64,000 nucleotides of DNA from assembly GCF_026210795.1 (NCBI RefSeq), contig NC_089429.1:6758001-6822000 (forward strand), in the 5' to 3' direction. The notes under the pieces are model-generated. The model was not told where the DNA came from. It ran no database searches and was given only the letters and a program-made list of their open reading frames with translations. Within the stretch, counting starts at the first letter, position 1. The number at the start of each line of letters is the position of its first letter. Origin of the DNA: Rhizophagus irregularis (taxonomy: Eukaryota). This document shows positions 1 through 15,800 of this stretch, piece after piece. The translations under genes were made by a program, and so were the position numbers.

Positions 1-2315
1 CCGACTTTTAGTATTGTTTATGATTGTACCTATTGAATAAATTATTTGTTTCATAATATAAATGAGGATATTACGGAAATAATATTAGAAGTTGATATTT
101 ATTGAATTTTTCTGAATATTTAGTACAATTCAACGGTATGTATCATACCAAATTTGAAACTGTAAATCAAAAAAGAAATTCTTTTAATTTTTTTTTTAAT
201 GTTACATTTTCGTGACAATTGTTATTCCTTTTTTTATCTCCATAGAACATAATCAACCCTTTATAGGAAATAAAAATTATTTTATGAATCACGTTATTTG
301 ATCGTAGGATTACTTATAAAAAGGTACCTTCTCGCCTTCAATCATTTTCAAAAAGGTTTCTACTCAAAAAAATTTTTTTTTTTAATAATTATCATTAACA
401 CTTAAATAAATTTATCGTTAAAATTTCTTACTTCCCTATTCCCTTACAAATGTTTGATAGCGATTTAATTTCTTCAATTAATTTCCAATTCATAGATCGT
501 TATCAAAATCTTGAAGAAAATTATTTAAATCATATAATTAAATTACAAAAAAATCTCAAAAATATTTCTTTTAATTTTGATAGCCTTCCTTTATATAATT
601 CACTAAATAATCCTAATAATCCTAATCAATCCATCAATCTTTCGATTGTCCGCCTCTTCAACATTAAGGAGTCACTCCTGATATAATCGTTTAGATGAGT
701 GATTGTCTAATGGTTAAGGAGATGATAAATAGAAATTTTCAAGGACTTGCTGGAATAGAAATGATGAAGGTGCTTCTCAGATTAACGAGAATCTCTTTTT
801 ATGTTTAAAAGAGACCAATTGACGGTCTTAAAAATAATATAGGCTACACTTGTGTCATGGTCTCTAATATGACACAAATATAAAAAGTTTATTTCTTCGT
901 GGATTATTCCACGAGGATTCAGCAATGAATGGCTCCTTGAAGTTTTTGATGAGTCAAATTCATTGCTAATACTCTTACTTGTAATATAGTCCTTGAACAA
1001 TGAATTATGACTAGATAAAATATAATTATTAGAATTATTGAACTTAGTAATTTTCACATAAGATGTATTATACAAGTTTTTTGTTATAAAAATAATCTGA
1101 TAAACGATCATTTTTCTAGTTTTTATTTAATAAATTGTTTTTTTTTTTAACTACAAAACTCACATGTGATCTTTTTTAATAACATGAATAATTACTGTAA
1201 GACACGTGATTCCACGTGACAACATGATGTCTAGGCCCTTGGTTTGACGCGACTAAAAATAAAATTAATTCTGCGCCTACCTGTTTTTGTTACCGAAATA
1301 AGTAATTATTTCCCATGTCAGATTTTTGATAAAGTTGTGCACATGACAACTAAATATAACTAACTATATTGATAACCCAATAACTTGCAAAGAAACCTGA
1401 TTCTTCTTTTTTTCAGCTTAATTTAAAATACTTTTTCATCCGAATGAGTAAAAATCATCTGAAAAAATTTAAAATTTTACAAAAATTGGGTACAACAAAA
1501 AATTACGCCAAGGACAGGGGTCAATAACTTTTGATTATGCACATTATGATCATGAGAACCATTTGAAAATAATATGCATAGTATTAACTTGTTTTAATTG
1601 CGGAATCTCCAATTCAGGTTAAAACAATTTTTTTTTTATCAATCATTGCCTTATCATCGGATAAGATATATTTTTTTTAAACGAATTTTACCGTATGTAC
1701 AAAGAATATTCACAGAATCATGGATGATAATTTTTCTGGATTATCCGGAGTATAAACTCCTCACATGCTAATTGCTAATTAGTATTCATTATACTGTATA
1801 TCATACATACTTTTTATTTCTTTAAATTTTACATTTTGGGCTTGGCAATGAATATATTTTAAGAATCATTTCTTTTAGACGTGTATTTTTTTTTTTAATT
1901 TTTTTAATGCCGTGGTTTGATTTTTAAGCGTTAATTATCTATTAATATTATTCGTTATCAGTATAATAAAAAAAAACAAGTCTAAAACCAGTTTAGAATA
2001 TATTTAGTCTTCAATTCCTTCATAATAATAAATTCAATGATATGTGAGATATGCATGATAATATGCTATAACTTAAAAAAGTTGTTGATTTTTAGAAATT
2101 GTTAAAAGATTTTCGCTGCGCCAACACATATATATATATTGTGAAACATTTTCTCAATATTTATGGACAAGTCGTAAAAAATATTTTCACACGGAATTTG
2201 AAATATGTAACATAATTTACATAAATAGTAAATTAAATAAATGTTACATTTTGAGAAATTGGTTACGTACTTACGTACGCAACTTTGATATGTGATAAAC
2301 TTTGAATAAACTATA

Positions 2316-2420
2316 CAGTCGATCCCCTTTATAGTCACGCCCCTCAAAAAAAGATGTTATTGTTATATAAAAAAGTCATATGTGTGACTATAGAGGGGGA
2401 TGACTATATAGGGTTGACTG
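2316..2420. mobile_element. Tiny Tc1/mariner-pogo-type MITE
   Basis: Termini CAGTCGATCCC...GGGTTGACTG are imperfect inverted repeats; internal TATAGTCAC/GTGACTATA pair; TA on both sides (2314-2315, 2421-2422). Confidence 0.7.
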
Positions 2421-5400
2421 TATATATTATATATATATGTAAAAATTTAAAAATTAAAAAATTAAAAATTTTCATCTTTACTTTTTGATATCGTATTTTA
2501 TACGTATAGAAACTTTTAAGTGGTGATGCCGACTTAACTTTTAATATGCTGTAATGTTTAAAATGTAAAATTAAAATAATGTGAATTTTTATCTTTTACA
2601 TGAATCTTAGTAATAAACTATTATTAAACTTTATTAAAACCTATTGAAAAACTAAAACACTAAATGACAAAATCGTTTATTATTTAACTCCAGTTAAGTC
2701 GGCACACTATTCCTTTTTCCCCCTTCTTTTCTCCTTCAAAATCCTTTTTTGTAAAAAAAAAGTCCGGAGGATAGTCGATAAACTTCCTTTGTACACACTC
2801 GTGCAAAATGTAATGAATTTCCTAAATATTGTGATAAAATAATATTAAGGGAGACCCGATATCCAGTTGCAAAAGATACAAATAATTCAAATTTAAATTT
2901 TCTTTGAATGATTAAATTTTTATTTATGATATGAAAAAGGTTTCTTTTAGTAGATTTATCAATATGATTACTTAAAATTTAATTGAAATACCAAAAGGTT
3001 TATAATGTAATAATTAATAAGCCATATAACACACTTATTATACACTACATCATTAATATTATAAAAGTGAGGTCACAAAACTCCTGAAAGTTAGGAGAAA
3101 CACCGCAATAAACAGAAAGGAATTTAATCATCCTACAAAACATATTCATATCAGACATTTTATATGAAAGTTTTCATAAGGATCCAGCGTAGAGAAAGGT
3201 ATTGCAAAGAAATAACTTTTAATTTTCTTTGCTGAACTTATTTCTTTCTTTTTACATTCGTTTAATTCTTTTTTTTTAGACATCCACTTCATCACCAACA
3301 GCTAGTCTTACCGCTTCTTACAATTGATCACATGATTAATTTTGAACGAAATGAAGACACCAAGTGAAGTGAAGTAATTTCAATGATCGATTGTGATGAA
3401 GCGGGTAAATATTTTATGTTAATCAGGTTAATCATATTTTATATTTATACAAATATTTACTTTTATTTTTAGCAACTAAGATATTGGGATGTTCGATCTC
3501 TATGCTTTATGGCATGTCCTGTATCTACCAAATCGCTGAATAATTCTCAGGATCATGTCCATACAAAATCAGTGGATCAGTATCAGTATAGTAGGTAATA
3601 AATATCACCTTTAATTTTATCTAAAATTAATCAAACCCATTTGCAATTTTATTAAATTAAATTTCTACCCACTTCCTCAGGATTTGATGGTAAAAGTGTC
3701 ATAGGCAATGACAAAAATTTTATATCATATTAATAAAGTTCATTTGCAATGAAGCAGGTAAATATTATAATTCAAGGATTATTTGTTAACCATACTTTAT
3801 ACTTAAGTGTATTTAATATATTGATCTATCTGTCTCTATCACTCTATCATATCTCCAATCAACTGTAGATCTTCACGTTCGGCCGAATGATTTAATTTAT
3901 AAATACGGCAGAGCACATGTTCTCTTTCATGCCATCAGACTAGGGAATAATTTTATGACAGTAGAAGTTGAAAACAACCATATAATAAAAAAACAACAAA
4001 GAAAAAAAGCAAGCAAATAAAAAAAAATCAAAAAGAATAACCAAGTAAAAAAGGTTAGAAATTGATTCAATTTTCATCAAAAAGTTATATAACAAAGTTT
4101 ATATAAATCATGATGTGAGCTTTTTTAGGAAGAAACAAATATTTGTCATTCTTCTATTTATTTGTATTTTTATATTATTAATTTTTAATGAAATGTTATG
4201 TTAATTAAGATATTTAAGATCATAAATTCCAATTAAGAATATTAAACTATGAAAACTATGAATAATAAATATTTAATGTATTTTAAAAATTAAAAAGTGT
4301 TTTTTTAATTGGTATAATTTAGTGATACGTACTAGTATGGGTACAGTATGGTTCTCAATATCAAATTTTTCTAGAATTCTCCAATAAATCAAAGGAGCAT
4401 CCCTACGTGAACGAAAATAATCTGAAAGATGCAGTAAGAATGCGCAGCTAGCAGATAGTTTTCGTTGTAAATCGCGTGAGTACGTGACTCTGGTTGAGCC
4501 CGTAATAATAATAAAAAATATGATAGTCCACAAAATCATATAATTATTAATAAAGGCTAAAAAATTTATTATATAGAACCTTTTTATATATGAAATATTC
4601 TGTGCAAACTTAATCTTTATTAGAATAACTAATTAGCATATATAGCGTTCGTTTAATCATAAAAACGCAATCCAGATCATTGTTTGACTATCGAAAAAAA
4701 AATGTACGTTACAGACGGGACGTACCGATAATTGTATGTACTGATAAATTTCCCATGCCCCATTTCACTTGATCTCATTTATATATAATTTCGCGATGTA
4801 ACATGCACCGATACTTTTCTTTTGTCTCTTTATAATAGTGTACCGACCGATATTTTAAGGTTTATTAATATTATTTGGTCGACACTTTAACGAATAGCTC
4901 TCGCATGTTATGACATAATGTGGATTTCGGATCTCATATCAAATCATTTGGAAATAGAATATTCTGTTTTCACATAAATTAGTTATTTTTTAAAATAGTT
5001 ATTTAATTAGAGAATATAAAATTTTACATTTTATTAAAAAATTATCTTTGATATTTGTGGACTTGCTGTGTAAAGTAGTATCCTTTATCCAATTTTGATC
5101 TTTAGTAATTCCTATTTTTGTATCATTAGGGTCGCGAAGTATTGAGATAATAAGATCAATATGAGAAATAAATGTTTTATGACATCTATTAGAAGATTTC
5201 TTTTAAGATATTTATTAACCAAATTATCATAAATTGCAAATAAAATTCCATCTATCAACGCTAGAGACGCGAAACTACTACCGTTCGTAATGAGCTTTGC
5301 CACATCTTTCTATGATCACTGCATGATGACTGATGGGTTAATGCGGTTTAATATTCTTTTGAATTAGAGTTCCAATACATTTTTGGTATCTACTAATTTA

Positions 5401-6696
5401 TATTTATCAGTTCAGTCAAAGAACAAAAAGTTTGTTAATCCGTAAAGAATTGAGAAATATCCAGTAGGTTATGCAACTGTGGAAATTACAAATATAAACT
5501 AGTTTGTGTTTTTATATTTCTTTTGTTTTGTCTATTTAATAATAACTATATAAAAATCTTTTCGTCTGCGGTATAAAGGCGAAAATCAGTTGATTGTCAG
5601 GTGACACGACTGACACGTGATTGCAACATTAATACCATAATTCCAGCCGGACTCGTAATTTTTAATAGTTAAAGAAATTTTTAAATTTCAAGATATAAAT
5701 ATTAAAAAAAAAATTTATTTGAGAAAAGTACCAGCCCCATTTTTTGTGAGAAATTATTCAGTAATTGACCATTATCTTTGATAAGATACTTTATTTTGGT
5801 TAGGTTGATTTTTTTATTTTTTTATTTTTTTTTAAAAAAAATATATCTAAATATAAGATGACAGATGACCAATTCAAACGCCAATATGCATTTGATTGTT
5901 CCAAAAATATAACATGATTTTTTATATTTTAAAGGATTATTAATAATAAATTATTAATCGGAATCTTTTAGAATCATAGAATCACATTAACAATAAAGTT
6001 CTTATGACATATTTTGTGCATGATTATTAATTCATTATATAACTATTACAAATCATTTAAATATTTCTTATCATGTTTCACATATTATTTATATATTTAA
6101 ATTAATTGTTACATAATTTGATTTAAAAATTTAAAAATAAATATTATAATAAAGATATAAAAAGGGTTTTATTGATCTTATTCATTATTCCTTTTACAGA
6201 ATTTCATTACCTTATTAAGTTTAATTCAATATGCTTTATTGTTTTTTTGAATTCTTTGTTTAATTCTATATAGAAGTTTTTAAGATACACGTTCAAAAGA
6301 GAATAAGGAAATACGACATTACGTGTTTTGGCCAAAATTACGAACCAAAAATTATGAAATTATGTCCCGGGTTAAGATCACCCACGGGCATGTGATCGGA
6401 TTCCTGAAAATTTTTTATTATACTAAATTTGATATACCGCGCCGGTAACACATATCAGATAATATAAATCATAATGATGGAATAAAACACAGATTAATTA
6501 ATAATGTGTGGCAAAAGCCGCCAATAAAATTTTTTATTTTTTTTATTTATTTTTTGGCGAACCGTCTTAAAGAAAATTTTATTTAGCTTTCTTATTTGTC
6601 CTCATATATTTAAAATAAAATATATATCGAGATTTAAAATAGAAAGTATTTCTTCATGATTAACCACAGATTGGATTGAAGCACTCTAAAAATAGA

Positions 6697-7450
6697 CTAG
6701 ATTTATTTATCGAAAATAGACGGTAATTCTTTCATGATCCACCATTGTTCTTTTTTTCTCCAGATTCGACAATGGGGTTGGATTGGTCCTAAAATAAATT
6801 AGATTTATTTATCGAATTTAAAGTAGACAGCAGTGTTTTTAATTTTTCAGATTCGACAATGAAATGGATTGGATTTAAAGCATCCTAAAAATGGAATAGG
6901 TTAGATAATATTATTTGATGGATTGATGAATAGAATCATCAGGGATTTTAATTTTAAATATTATCGATCATTGATATCATAATGATTTGATAATATAAGG
7001 GGCAATGCAATATGTACGATAATACGATCATATACAATGATTGAAGTAGTACTATGCGGATAATAATATAAAAAAGATACACATTGACTACTGTAGATTT
7101 ATTTATCGAAATATAAAATAGACGGTATGATCCACCATTGTACATTTTTCTCCAGATTCGACAATGGGATTGGATTGGTCCTAAAATAGATTAGATTTAT
7201 TTATCGAATTTTAAAGTAGACAGTAAAGTATACATTGTTTTTATTTTTCAGATTCGACAATGAAATGGATTGGATTCAAACATCCTAAAAATGGACTAGA
7301 TCAGATAATATTATTTGATGAATTCATCAGGGATTTTCATTTTAAATATTATCGATCATTGATATAATGATTTTAATAATATAAGGGGCAATTTAATATG
7401 TGCGATTATACGATGATTGAAGTACTATGCAGATAATAATGTAAAAAAGG
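6697..7450. repeat. Imperfect tandem duplication, ~400-bp unit, 2 copies
   Basis: Blocks such as AGATTTATTTATCGAAA..TAGACGGT, CCAGATTCGACAATGGG and CAGATTCGACAATGAAATGGATTGGATT recur ~400 bp apart. Boundaries approximate. Confidence 0.8.
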
Positions 7451-7686
7451 CAATGACACAAAGAGATATTAAAGCTAAATCGATAACAAACATTGTCGTG
7501 TAATATTGATCTCAATTATTATTTTTTTATATTATCTTGTATTTGAATTGATCCTTATTATTGTTTTTTTATTTTGAATCCTTTCTTATATAAACCACAT
7601 TATTTTGACAGGGAAATTTCAAATTTCTTTAAATTTTTTTTATCATTTTTGAAAATAATTTATTAATAATCAACAAGAAATAAAAA

Positions 7687-8240
7687 ATGTGCAAATTCGG
7701 TCTTGAAGTAAATAGATTTATTATTGTTTTTTTTTTCAAAAAAAAAATATCAAATATTTTTAACGAGGCGTGTTTCTCTTGTAGGAAAATAATCGTATCA
7801 GACATTCCGTGAGAATGTATGGACATTTAGATGATTGTTTTATAAGGATTAGCAAGATATTGCCGCAATACACACCAGAACAAATTGAAAACCAGTAAGT
7901 AACAAAATATTTGTGCATATTCTTTTTCTTTTAAGGCAAAAACTTTAATATTTTTTTGACAATTTTAAACCTTAGTTATAATAAATACCTTGACGAGGAA
8001 GGTAAGTAAAACAGACCTCTTTAAATATTTTCTTTTAAAAAAATTAATTTTAACCCATCTTTTATTTTATGTTTTTGATTAGCCCTGCCGATAAATTATG
8101 AACGTATTTTGGAAACATATGAAAAGCTTCAAGCGATAAATATTAAGAATGAACGATTGCGGAAATTAGTATTTATATGTCAAGAATTTTATTCTTCATT
8201 GAAAAAGTCTGTGGAACAGAAAATTCATATTTATATTTAA
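7687..8240 (+). CDS. Small spliced Myb/SANT-like protein (~104 aa, 4 exons: 7687-7707, 7785-7894, 7976-8001, 8083-8240)
   Basis: Three GT-AG introns join into one open frame: MCKFGLEENNRIRHSVRMYGHLDDCFIRISKILPQYTPEQIENHYNKYLDEEALPINYERIL...IHIYI*. The pattern F..EE...I...V..YG.....I...LP..T..Q...Y..YL resembles one degenerate Myb repeat. Absent from the ORF track because of splicing. Confidence 0.7.
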
Positions 8241-10839
8241 TTATTTTCTTGATGAGATTAATTGATAATTCATTGTTTGTTATCTTGACTTATATATTTA
8301 TCTTTAAAATTTCAAAAAATTTTATTAAAAGTTACTTAAAACTAAAATGTAGATACATATAATAAAACTTAATTTAAAAAAAAAAAATTCATAAATATTT
8401 TAAAATGTTATAAAATTTTTTCAATTCACGAATACTAGTCTTATGTATATTTGCAAAAAAAAAATCCCTTAATTTCGAAATCCGGCTCATTTTTTCTTGC
8501 ATCATTGAAGAATTACTTAAACAAAATTTTGAAAAAAAAAAGTTTTATGTTCTGTTTTTTTTATTCCTTTGCAGAAGCAATCTTATTACTAGAATACGAA
8601 AAAGAATGAATTTTTTTAAAAAAAAATTATAATGAATTCGTTCTTGTATCTTTTAAGATCAAATTTAAAATTAATATACATTGAGCCGATTGAGCCGTCG
8701 AGAATGAGAGTACGAATAAAAAAATAATCGAATTTCAATAATAAGAAAAAACTACAGAAACAAGAACCGAACAATGACACTATGATAGCAGTAGTACAGT
8801 AGTGTAGTCTCCGGCAGATAGTTTATTGATTTTGTATCTTTATCTTTTATAAACTCGTCGACGTTTTAGAAAGTAAATACGATGTTGTCGGCAATGATCG
8901 TTTTGCTTGACATTGTGAAGATGAAATATAAGGCGTTTTAAATAAGAAATGAGAGAAATATAAGGCCGAGTAAATAAAAAATTTATTTGTCCGGTCTAAT
9001 TATTTTTTTTAAATAGAACATGGTGAAGGCCTGAATACGCCAAAAAATGTGGTATTAAATAACAAATTTTGTGAACTAATACAATTCGAATTTTTTTTTT
9101 GGGTTTGTTTATTAATTCCTAATCATTTCTCTGAATTAACCCTAAATGGATTTATTTTTCTTAAAATATTTTTTTTGTTACAATAGCAATCATAAATATA
9201 ATATTGAGAAAAAGTTTGAATAATAACATAATAAATATATATTCATTATTTTCTTTTTTAAGGAAAAAAGCTAAGAAAAAATAATGATAATAACAAACGA
9301 TAATAAAATAATTGGTGCATCGAAGGTGCATCAAAGGAATTTTATTCGTCAAAAAAATCATATATATGAGTACAAAATTTTTTGTGATCACTGGAAAAAT
9401 TAACCAAATTAGGCTTATCGAAAAATATACGTAGTACATTATTATATATACTACATGCACATCTATCAGCTATAATACGACAGTAAAAAAAAAGAAAATT
9501 TTCATAGCATATACTATACAAAAAATTTTATAAAAAAATATTTTCAAGAAAAATTTATTATTTTTTTTTTGATATTTTCTTTATTTTTTTCTAATTTTTT
9601 TTTTTTTTTAAAAAGAAATAAAATACTTTTTTCTTTGATAATTATTTTATTTAAACTAAAAAAAAAAAAAGATTATTTTTATTTATTTATTTTTTTTTTA
9701 AACAAAAGATGCCAGATGACCATTTCTGAAACGCCAACGTGCATTAGATTCTTCTTAAATGTAATCATTTATAGTTGTTCATTAAAACCTGATGGAATCA
9801 AATAAATCCGATTTTTTAAAGTTCTCATGACAATTTTCTATTCGTTAGAAATCATGCGAAATATTCTCATGCATGTAAATAATCAAATCGCTATTCATTT
9901 TTTTTCATTTTTGTTCCTTTTGACGGAAGAATTGCATAAAATACTCCTTTATAAGTTGCATTTGCTACGGATTGATCCTTATCAATGATCTACGATTCTG
10001 CGATTGCTATTATGTCCCTCTTTTGGAAGTCATATTTTCTTTTTTTGGTTTTATTGATTTTTTATTTCAAATGATTTCATTTATTTAGCCCCTTATGTTT
10101 AGGAGAAAAAAAAAAAATTAATGAGTCAAATAATATTATTAAGACAAATCATATTATCAAGACGCGACGGTGATGTGACTAACATTTATTTTATTGAAAT
10201 ATATTCAAATATATATTATTTTTTAAATATTTTATTGAGTGGAAATAATTTATGTTTCTCATAACAATATTTTCAATAAAAAATCTAATCCGCTTGTACC
10301 TGAAATTGGATCGTATTCGTATAATATATGTACTGTATATAATATAAATTAATTTACAATAATAATATAATTTATGCTATTTATTTGTGAGTAGTAAACC
10401 ATATCACATTACACTTGATTGTATGTAGATCCGTGTGATGTAATTGCTTTCAAATAATGAAAATCTATTTTAAATTTTTACGTGTGATTCGATCAATTTT
10501 TTTGGGCAAAAATTTACAATAATATTTATATTGACTGTGATGGCGTGATGCTAATATATAATCCATATTATATACGAGAAATGAAATTTAAATAAAGAAC
10601 TCGGCTTCAATTGCATGACTTTGAAATGATTAGCCATTTTCTTAAATGTATTTTCGAGATGCAATCACGGGACAAAATTATCATTTATTTAGAACGAAAA
10701 AAATATATTAAAAAGAAAAAATTTATTTTTTTGTTTTGTTTTTAATTGTTATAGATTTAAGCCATGAATGAATACATAAACTATACATGACAATTAAAGT
10801 GGATTATGAGAAAATAGATCTTAATAAATGAAATCAATT

Positions 10840-11228
10840 TAAAAGGGAAAAACAAAAGAGAGGGGAAAAGGGAAGACGAAAAAAGAAAGGGGAAGAACGA
10901 AAAAAAGAAAGGAAAAGAATGAAAAAAAAGAAAGGGGAAGAACGAAAAAAAGAAAGACACCATTGTTTGATTTAACATAAATTATCATTATATGATTATC
11001 AGTTAAGGGTAAAATATTCATATTAAAGGGACAAATCGCTTCTGCAGGAAGAGTATAATTAAAATCCATATATTTTATTTTAAAGAATGAAAAAAAAGAA
11101 GGGGAAAAACGAAAAAAAGAAAAGGGAAAAACGAAAAAAAGAAAGGGAAGAACGAAAAAAAGGAAAAAGGAAAAATGAAGAGGTGAAGGATGAAAAAGGG
11201 AAAGTGGAAGAGGGATAAAAAAGCTCAA
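10840..11228. repeat. Purine-rich low-complexity repeats (GAAAAAAAGAAAGGGGAAGAAC-like)
   Basis: Two A/G-rich blocks (about 10840-10960 and 11085-11228); they generate the spurious Phe-rich minus-strand ORFs. Confidence 0.8.
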
Positions 11229-12800
11229 AAAAGTTACTATAGAAAGTCATAATGTTTAATTCCATAGAAGTGAATTATATTATCATGATAAATTCATAAA
11301 TTATTTAATTTTTCAGTAGTTTGGTAAACCAGATAAGGTAATCTGCACATTCTCTTAGGAATGATACATAAACTCTCCAGTATTGAAGATTTGGAAATTA
11401 ATTCTATGAAAATTAAAAAGTTAATAATATTATCGTGATTTATAGGCGAAATAGGGGATTTGATATTGTTGGCCCATTTATATATTAATAAAATTAAAAG
11501 AAAAGAGTGTATGGGAAAAATAAAACCAAATGGATATTTGGTATTATTATATCACATAATTTATATTATGTCGTGTGATTTTATCAATTTTCATGCGAGA
11601 AAACACTTTAGGTAATTCACAACATAGACTTGTTGGTCCATTTTTTTTTAAAATAAATTTATTTGTTTCAATAATATTTTATATTAATGAAGAAGGCGAG
11701 AAAAGGGAAAGGGGAAAAGGAAAAGGTGAAGAATGAAAAAGGGAAGAAAGGAGCGTGTAAGAAAAACAAAACCAAATGGATATTTGGTATTGTTGGTCCA
11801 TTTTTTTTTTTAATAAGAGAAGGCCCATTTTGACCAGAGGACAAAAGGTCTCGATCAGCTCCAGGTTCTTGAAGAACAGGGAAAAGTGTGAATACTGAGG
11901 ACGCGGAACCGGAGCGTGAAAATGTAGTTGAATATAACTATCTATTGAATAATTTTGAGAATTTTTGGAGCGAGAATAATTATTGGGAGTATAAATGATC
12001 ATGTTTGGTTTTTGATTTGGATTGTTGGTTTTATTTTTTCGTTTGTTTTTTTTTTGAATTTTTTTACTATTCTAGGAATTTTTGGAGTCTTTTTATAAGA
12101 AATGTTTATTAACAGATTTATTATTTTTTTCGGAATTCCTAAAAATAAATTTGCTTAAAAAGAACAATTACATAAAATGCAACGTTTTATCATAAACGCG
12201 TAATTATTAAGATCTTCATTTTATTGACATTAAGAAAGAAAATTATATTATCATTTTACTTGCCATTGCTTTGTTACTGTATTAAGCTGGCTAGTTTTGC
12301 CTAATCTGTTTATCCATTTTGAAAAGCTATAATTAATTTTAATTAGTCAGACATTTATGTAACATTAAAATTTATTTTTATAACAGATCGGTTTTTTTTC
12401 CTTTAATGCTTTTGCTGCTTTTGTTGCTTTTGTCAAAATTACGAGTCACATTGGCTGATTTATTATTAATTAATTTTCTAAAAATAATTAATTAACAAAG
12501 AAAAATGTCTTTGTTAAAAAGCATGCGTGTTGCACTATGACTCATTTTTTTTTTTTAAAAAAAAAATTTGAATTATTTTATTATGGTAAAGGATATATTA
12601 GATTAGATAAATATTAAATTTGTGCGACTTTAAATTAAAGTAAGGGCGATTTTAAATTAAGGGCGACAAAAAAAAAGTTCGTCGTATCGCCAATGTTTTT
12701 AAGGAGGTGGTAAACATAGTTTATTTTAAATCTTACAGTTCTTACACGCAGGCAAATTTGCCTGCAATTTTACCAAAAATTTGGCTCATCATTTTTTAGA

Positions 12801-15800
12801 TTTATTTTATTTATTTTATTTTTACTTTAGAAGAGATGAATACATCGCCAGATACAGACTCATTATGACAAAAAGGCATAATATAAATACAAATCTAGAC
12901 TAGATATACAAAATCCAACAGGCGGACTCACCCTTCGTAAGGAAGAACTGACCATAGTCGCCATAGCAGGGCACGAACAAAGGGAATTAGAAACTAAAGT
13001 AAAAGTAAGGGGAAACGTAACCAGAAGTAAATAAAGTATTCGAACTATCTATAAAAGCAGATAAGTCTAGCGAATGAAACCACGGTATTATCAAGGGTTC
13101 GTCTTTCATTGCTATAAGGGCATCTATAGAGCCACTCAGTATGAGCGTTACGATTTCGTATGCGATCCGTCGGAGGGGGAGATGAAGAATCACGTTACGA
13201 CGATGATTCTTGAACGTCTTTTTCGTAATATTATTAGCTGTTTTCCATTCTTTGAATATTGTATTATGTAATTTCCATAGATTTCCACACGGAGATCGTG
13301 AGCGAATTTTAATAATAAGTTTTTAGATTTGATGGTTTCACGGAAGGGTTCTAATAGTTCATTTGGTATATAATTGAGTAAAAAAGATAAATAAATAAAT
13401 GCTCATTTTGAGCAATATTATCTGAGGCTGATCTTGTCCACGAAAAGATCTTGCAAAATCTGATAGAGTCTTGCCAAATGCAGGTTGGTATTTCGGCGTG
13501 TTCAGTTAAGATTGCTTATAATTTAATGACGAAATTATTAAAAATAGGTGCTAATAAAGTTAAAGTTTCTTGACATTGCCAAAGATGTAAATTAGTTTCA
13601 TTTTCTGTCTTACAAAGGAAACATGTTTTGAGTCCTTTCAAAATGTCGGGATAATTTTTGTTTAAAATATCAAGCGTTGGTAATTGTAACGTCGACGCTT
13701 TCATTTTCCAACTTGTGATTTTACTAAGTTGGCGTGCAGTAGGGCGGTTGAATAGATAAAAAGTCATCCAAAATTTGGTGAATTCCCAATTCACTAGTTC
13801 AATCAAAAGTTAATTTTCGTATGAGATGTAACGATTCATGAGATAAATGTTGTTCCAGTTTACGATATTCTAAAGGTTTCTTTAAAGTGGAACGAATGTT
13901 CCTGTCAATTACATGTTCTTTGTTAAAAATGAGCGAATCATGTTGACAGGAAAGACCATTACGATTAATATCACATATAAGGTTGTTACGTGTGCCTTAT
14001 TTAGCTAATGCATCATCTTGGTCGTTAAAAAAATTATCTGAATGTGCTTTCACTTTGTTGAGTGTAACATGAAATTGTAATCTATCGATAATTTGTTTGA
14101 TAGCTTGCCAAATATGACAATTGTTGACTTTCTGTAGGCGTCTATCAGTTAGTTGAAGTGTATAGAGTGCATTGAAATTTGAATGGTGGCTTGTGAATCT
14201 GTGTGAATAATAATGCTACCATGATGTTGTGGACAAATTATAGAATATTGAAGATCGCAAAGCATTCTGCTCTACTCGAGCTAGCCCAGTTGTTCAATCG
14301 AGCGTGAAAACTCAGTTAGCGATGAAAGTAGCAGCCAAAACCCATTAGGGGAGTCAAATTGTCTAGTGGTCGAAATAACGATCCATCTGAATAAAATTCA
14401 AGATTTTGGAGGTCCGATAGTTGTGTGGATTTGTCAATGAAATCTTCATGTATCGAAGCTGAAAGTAATAAAGTCTTGATTAAAAGGGCATTCAATTTGA
14501 CTGACGCCGGCGCTGGTTGAATAGAAATAAGATTATTAATTGAAGGATGTATTGGAGAATTATCATGATTGATTAAATTAGATCTTATACGGAAATCAGT
14601 AAAGACGGTAGATATGTGGTTCGTTTAGATACCATGTCTTCGAATTTGTAGTACCGGTTGTACGTTTGAGTATTGTTGAAATTTTAAAGGTATGAGACAA
14701 AGGAACATTAATGATACATTTAGGGCGTAAATCACCGCTCATATAATAAGACGTATGTAGGTTGCATCCTTGACATTGTATGATATAGGTGTCACGTGAT
14801 TTTGGCGTGCCATTTTGTTCCTTCGACATTGAGGGTAATTAGTTGCTGTGAGTAATTTTCCATAAACAATATCTTTGGATGTATTCGACCAACATGCTAT
14901 CCACAATTTTTTGTTGTGATAGTCGTATGGAGTATGGGATATGTTAGGAAAATGTTTTTGACACGCGGATTTTAGTGTCTTTTATGGTGTCTTTTATGGT
15001 GAAGTTGAGTCCTTGGTCGTTAGGATTTAGTACTGTACAATGTGTTCTAACAGGAATTTAAACCATCCTTGGACCAGATTTGTTGTTAAAAGATGCTTTA
15101 AGGAAGTGGCCATCTGAGGAGAGTAATTGATCTAAAAATATAATCTTTTTTTCTTTAAGCTAATAAGAAATTTAAAAAATTTGGTAGGATGAGTAATAAA
15201 ATCAGCGATCGGTCTCGCGTATTAAGAGAGAAATTGAAATCAAAAGATAAAGCGTAATATTGAAAAATACACAATAATGATTCTAATCTATTGAAATTTT
15301 TTAAAGGGGAAGAAAAAAAGGATAATGTTTTTTGAAGATTAAGAGTCCAAAATTTTTCCTGCGAGAAAAGTAATGAAAATTTGATTAATTCGCTCGTTAA
15401 GCAAGAATTAAGTTGAGCATTAACGAGCGATGCTTGTACCCGGATCTTGTGATCGAAAATGTTAAGAATATTGTGGTAAATAGGGTTATGGAGTACCGTG
15501 TTATGAATATTTTTTGGAGGTGATAAGGAGGATTTAAATACCGAGCGTATAATTTGATTGAATTGCCTACAAATACGTGCTGGTATAAATAATGTTTGTG
15601 AGGTATTCTATTCTGGGGATTAATACTTTATTTATCACGTAAATAACGTGATCGTGGGTGAATCCTTTTTTTTAATCTATAGCAAACACGTCGAATAATC
15701 TGCTTGATTTTGTTGTAAGTGAAGGTTGGGGAATTATCCATGTTAATATAGACTCCCAGAATTCTTTCGGATTGAATTTTTTTTGATGATTTTGACTTTG

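Noticed and set aside
450..5303. Short AT-rich ORFs (450-686, 782-1111, 2102-2347, 4273-4539, 5112-5303) and splice-like fragments at ~3270-3960
   Set aside because: No recognisable motifs, and I could not assemble a consistent gene model.
10781..11265. Phe-rich ORFs resembling membrane proteins
   Set aside because: Artefacts of the purine-rich low-complexity repeat on the opposite strand.
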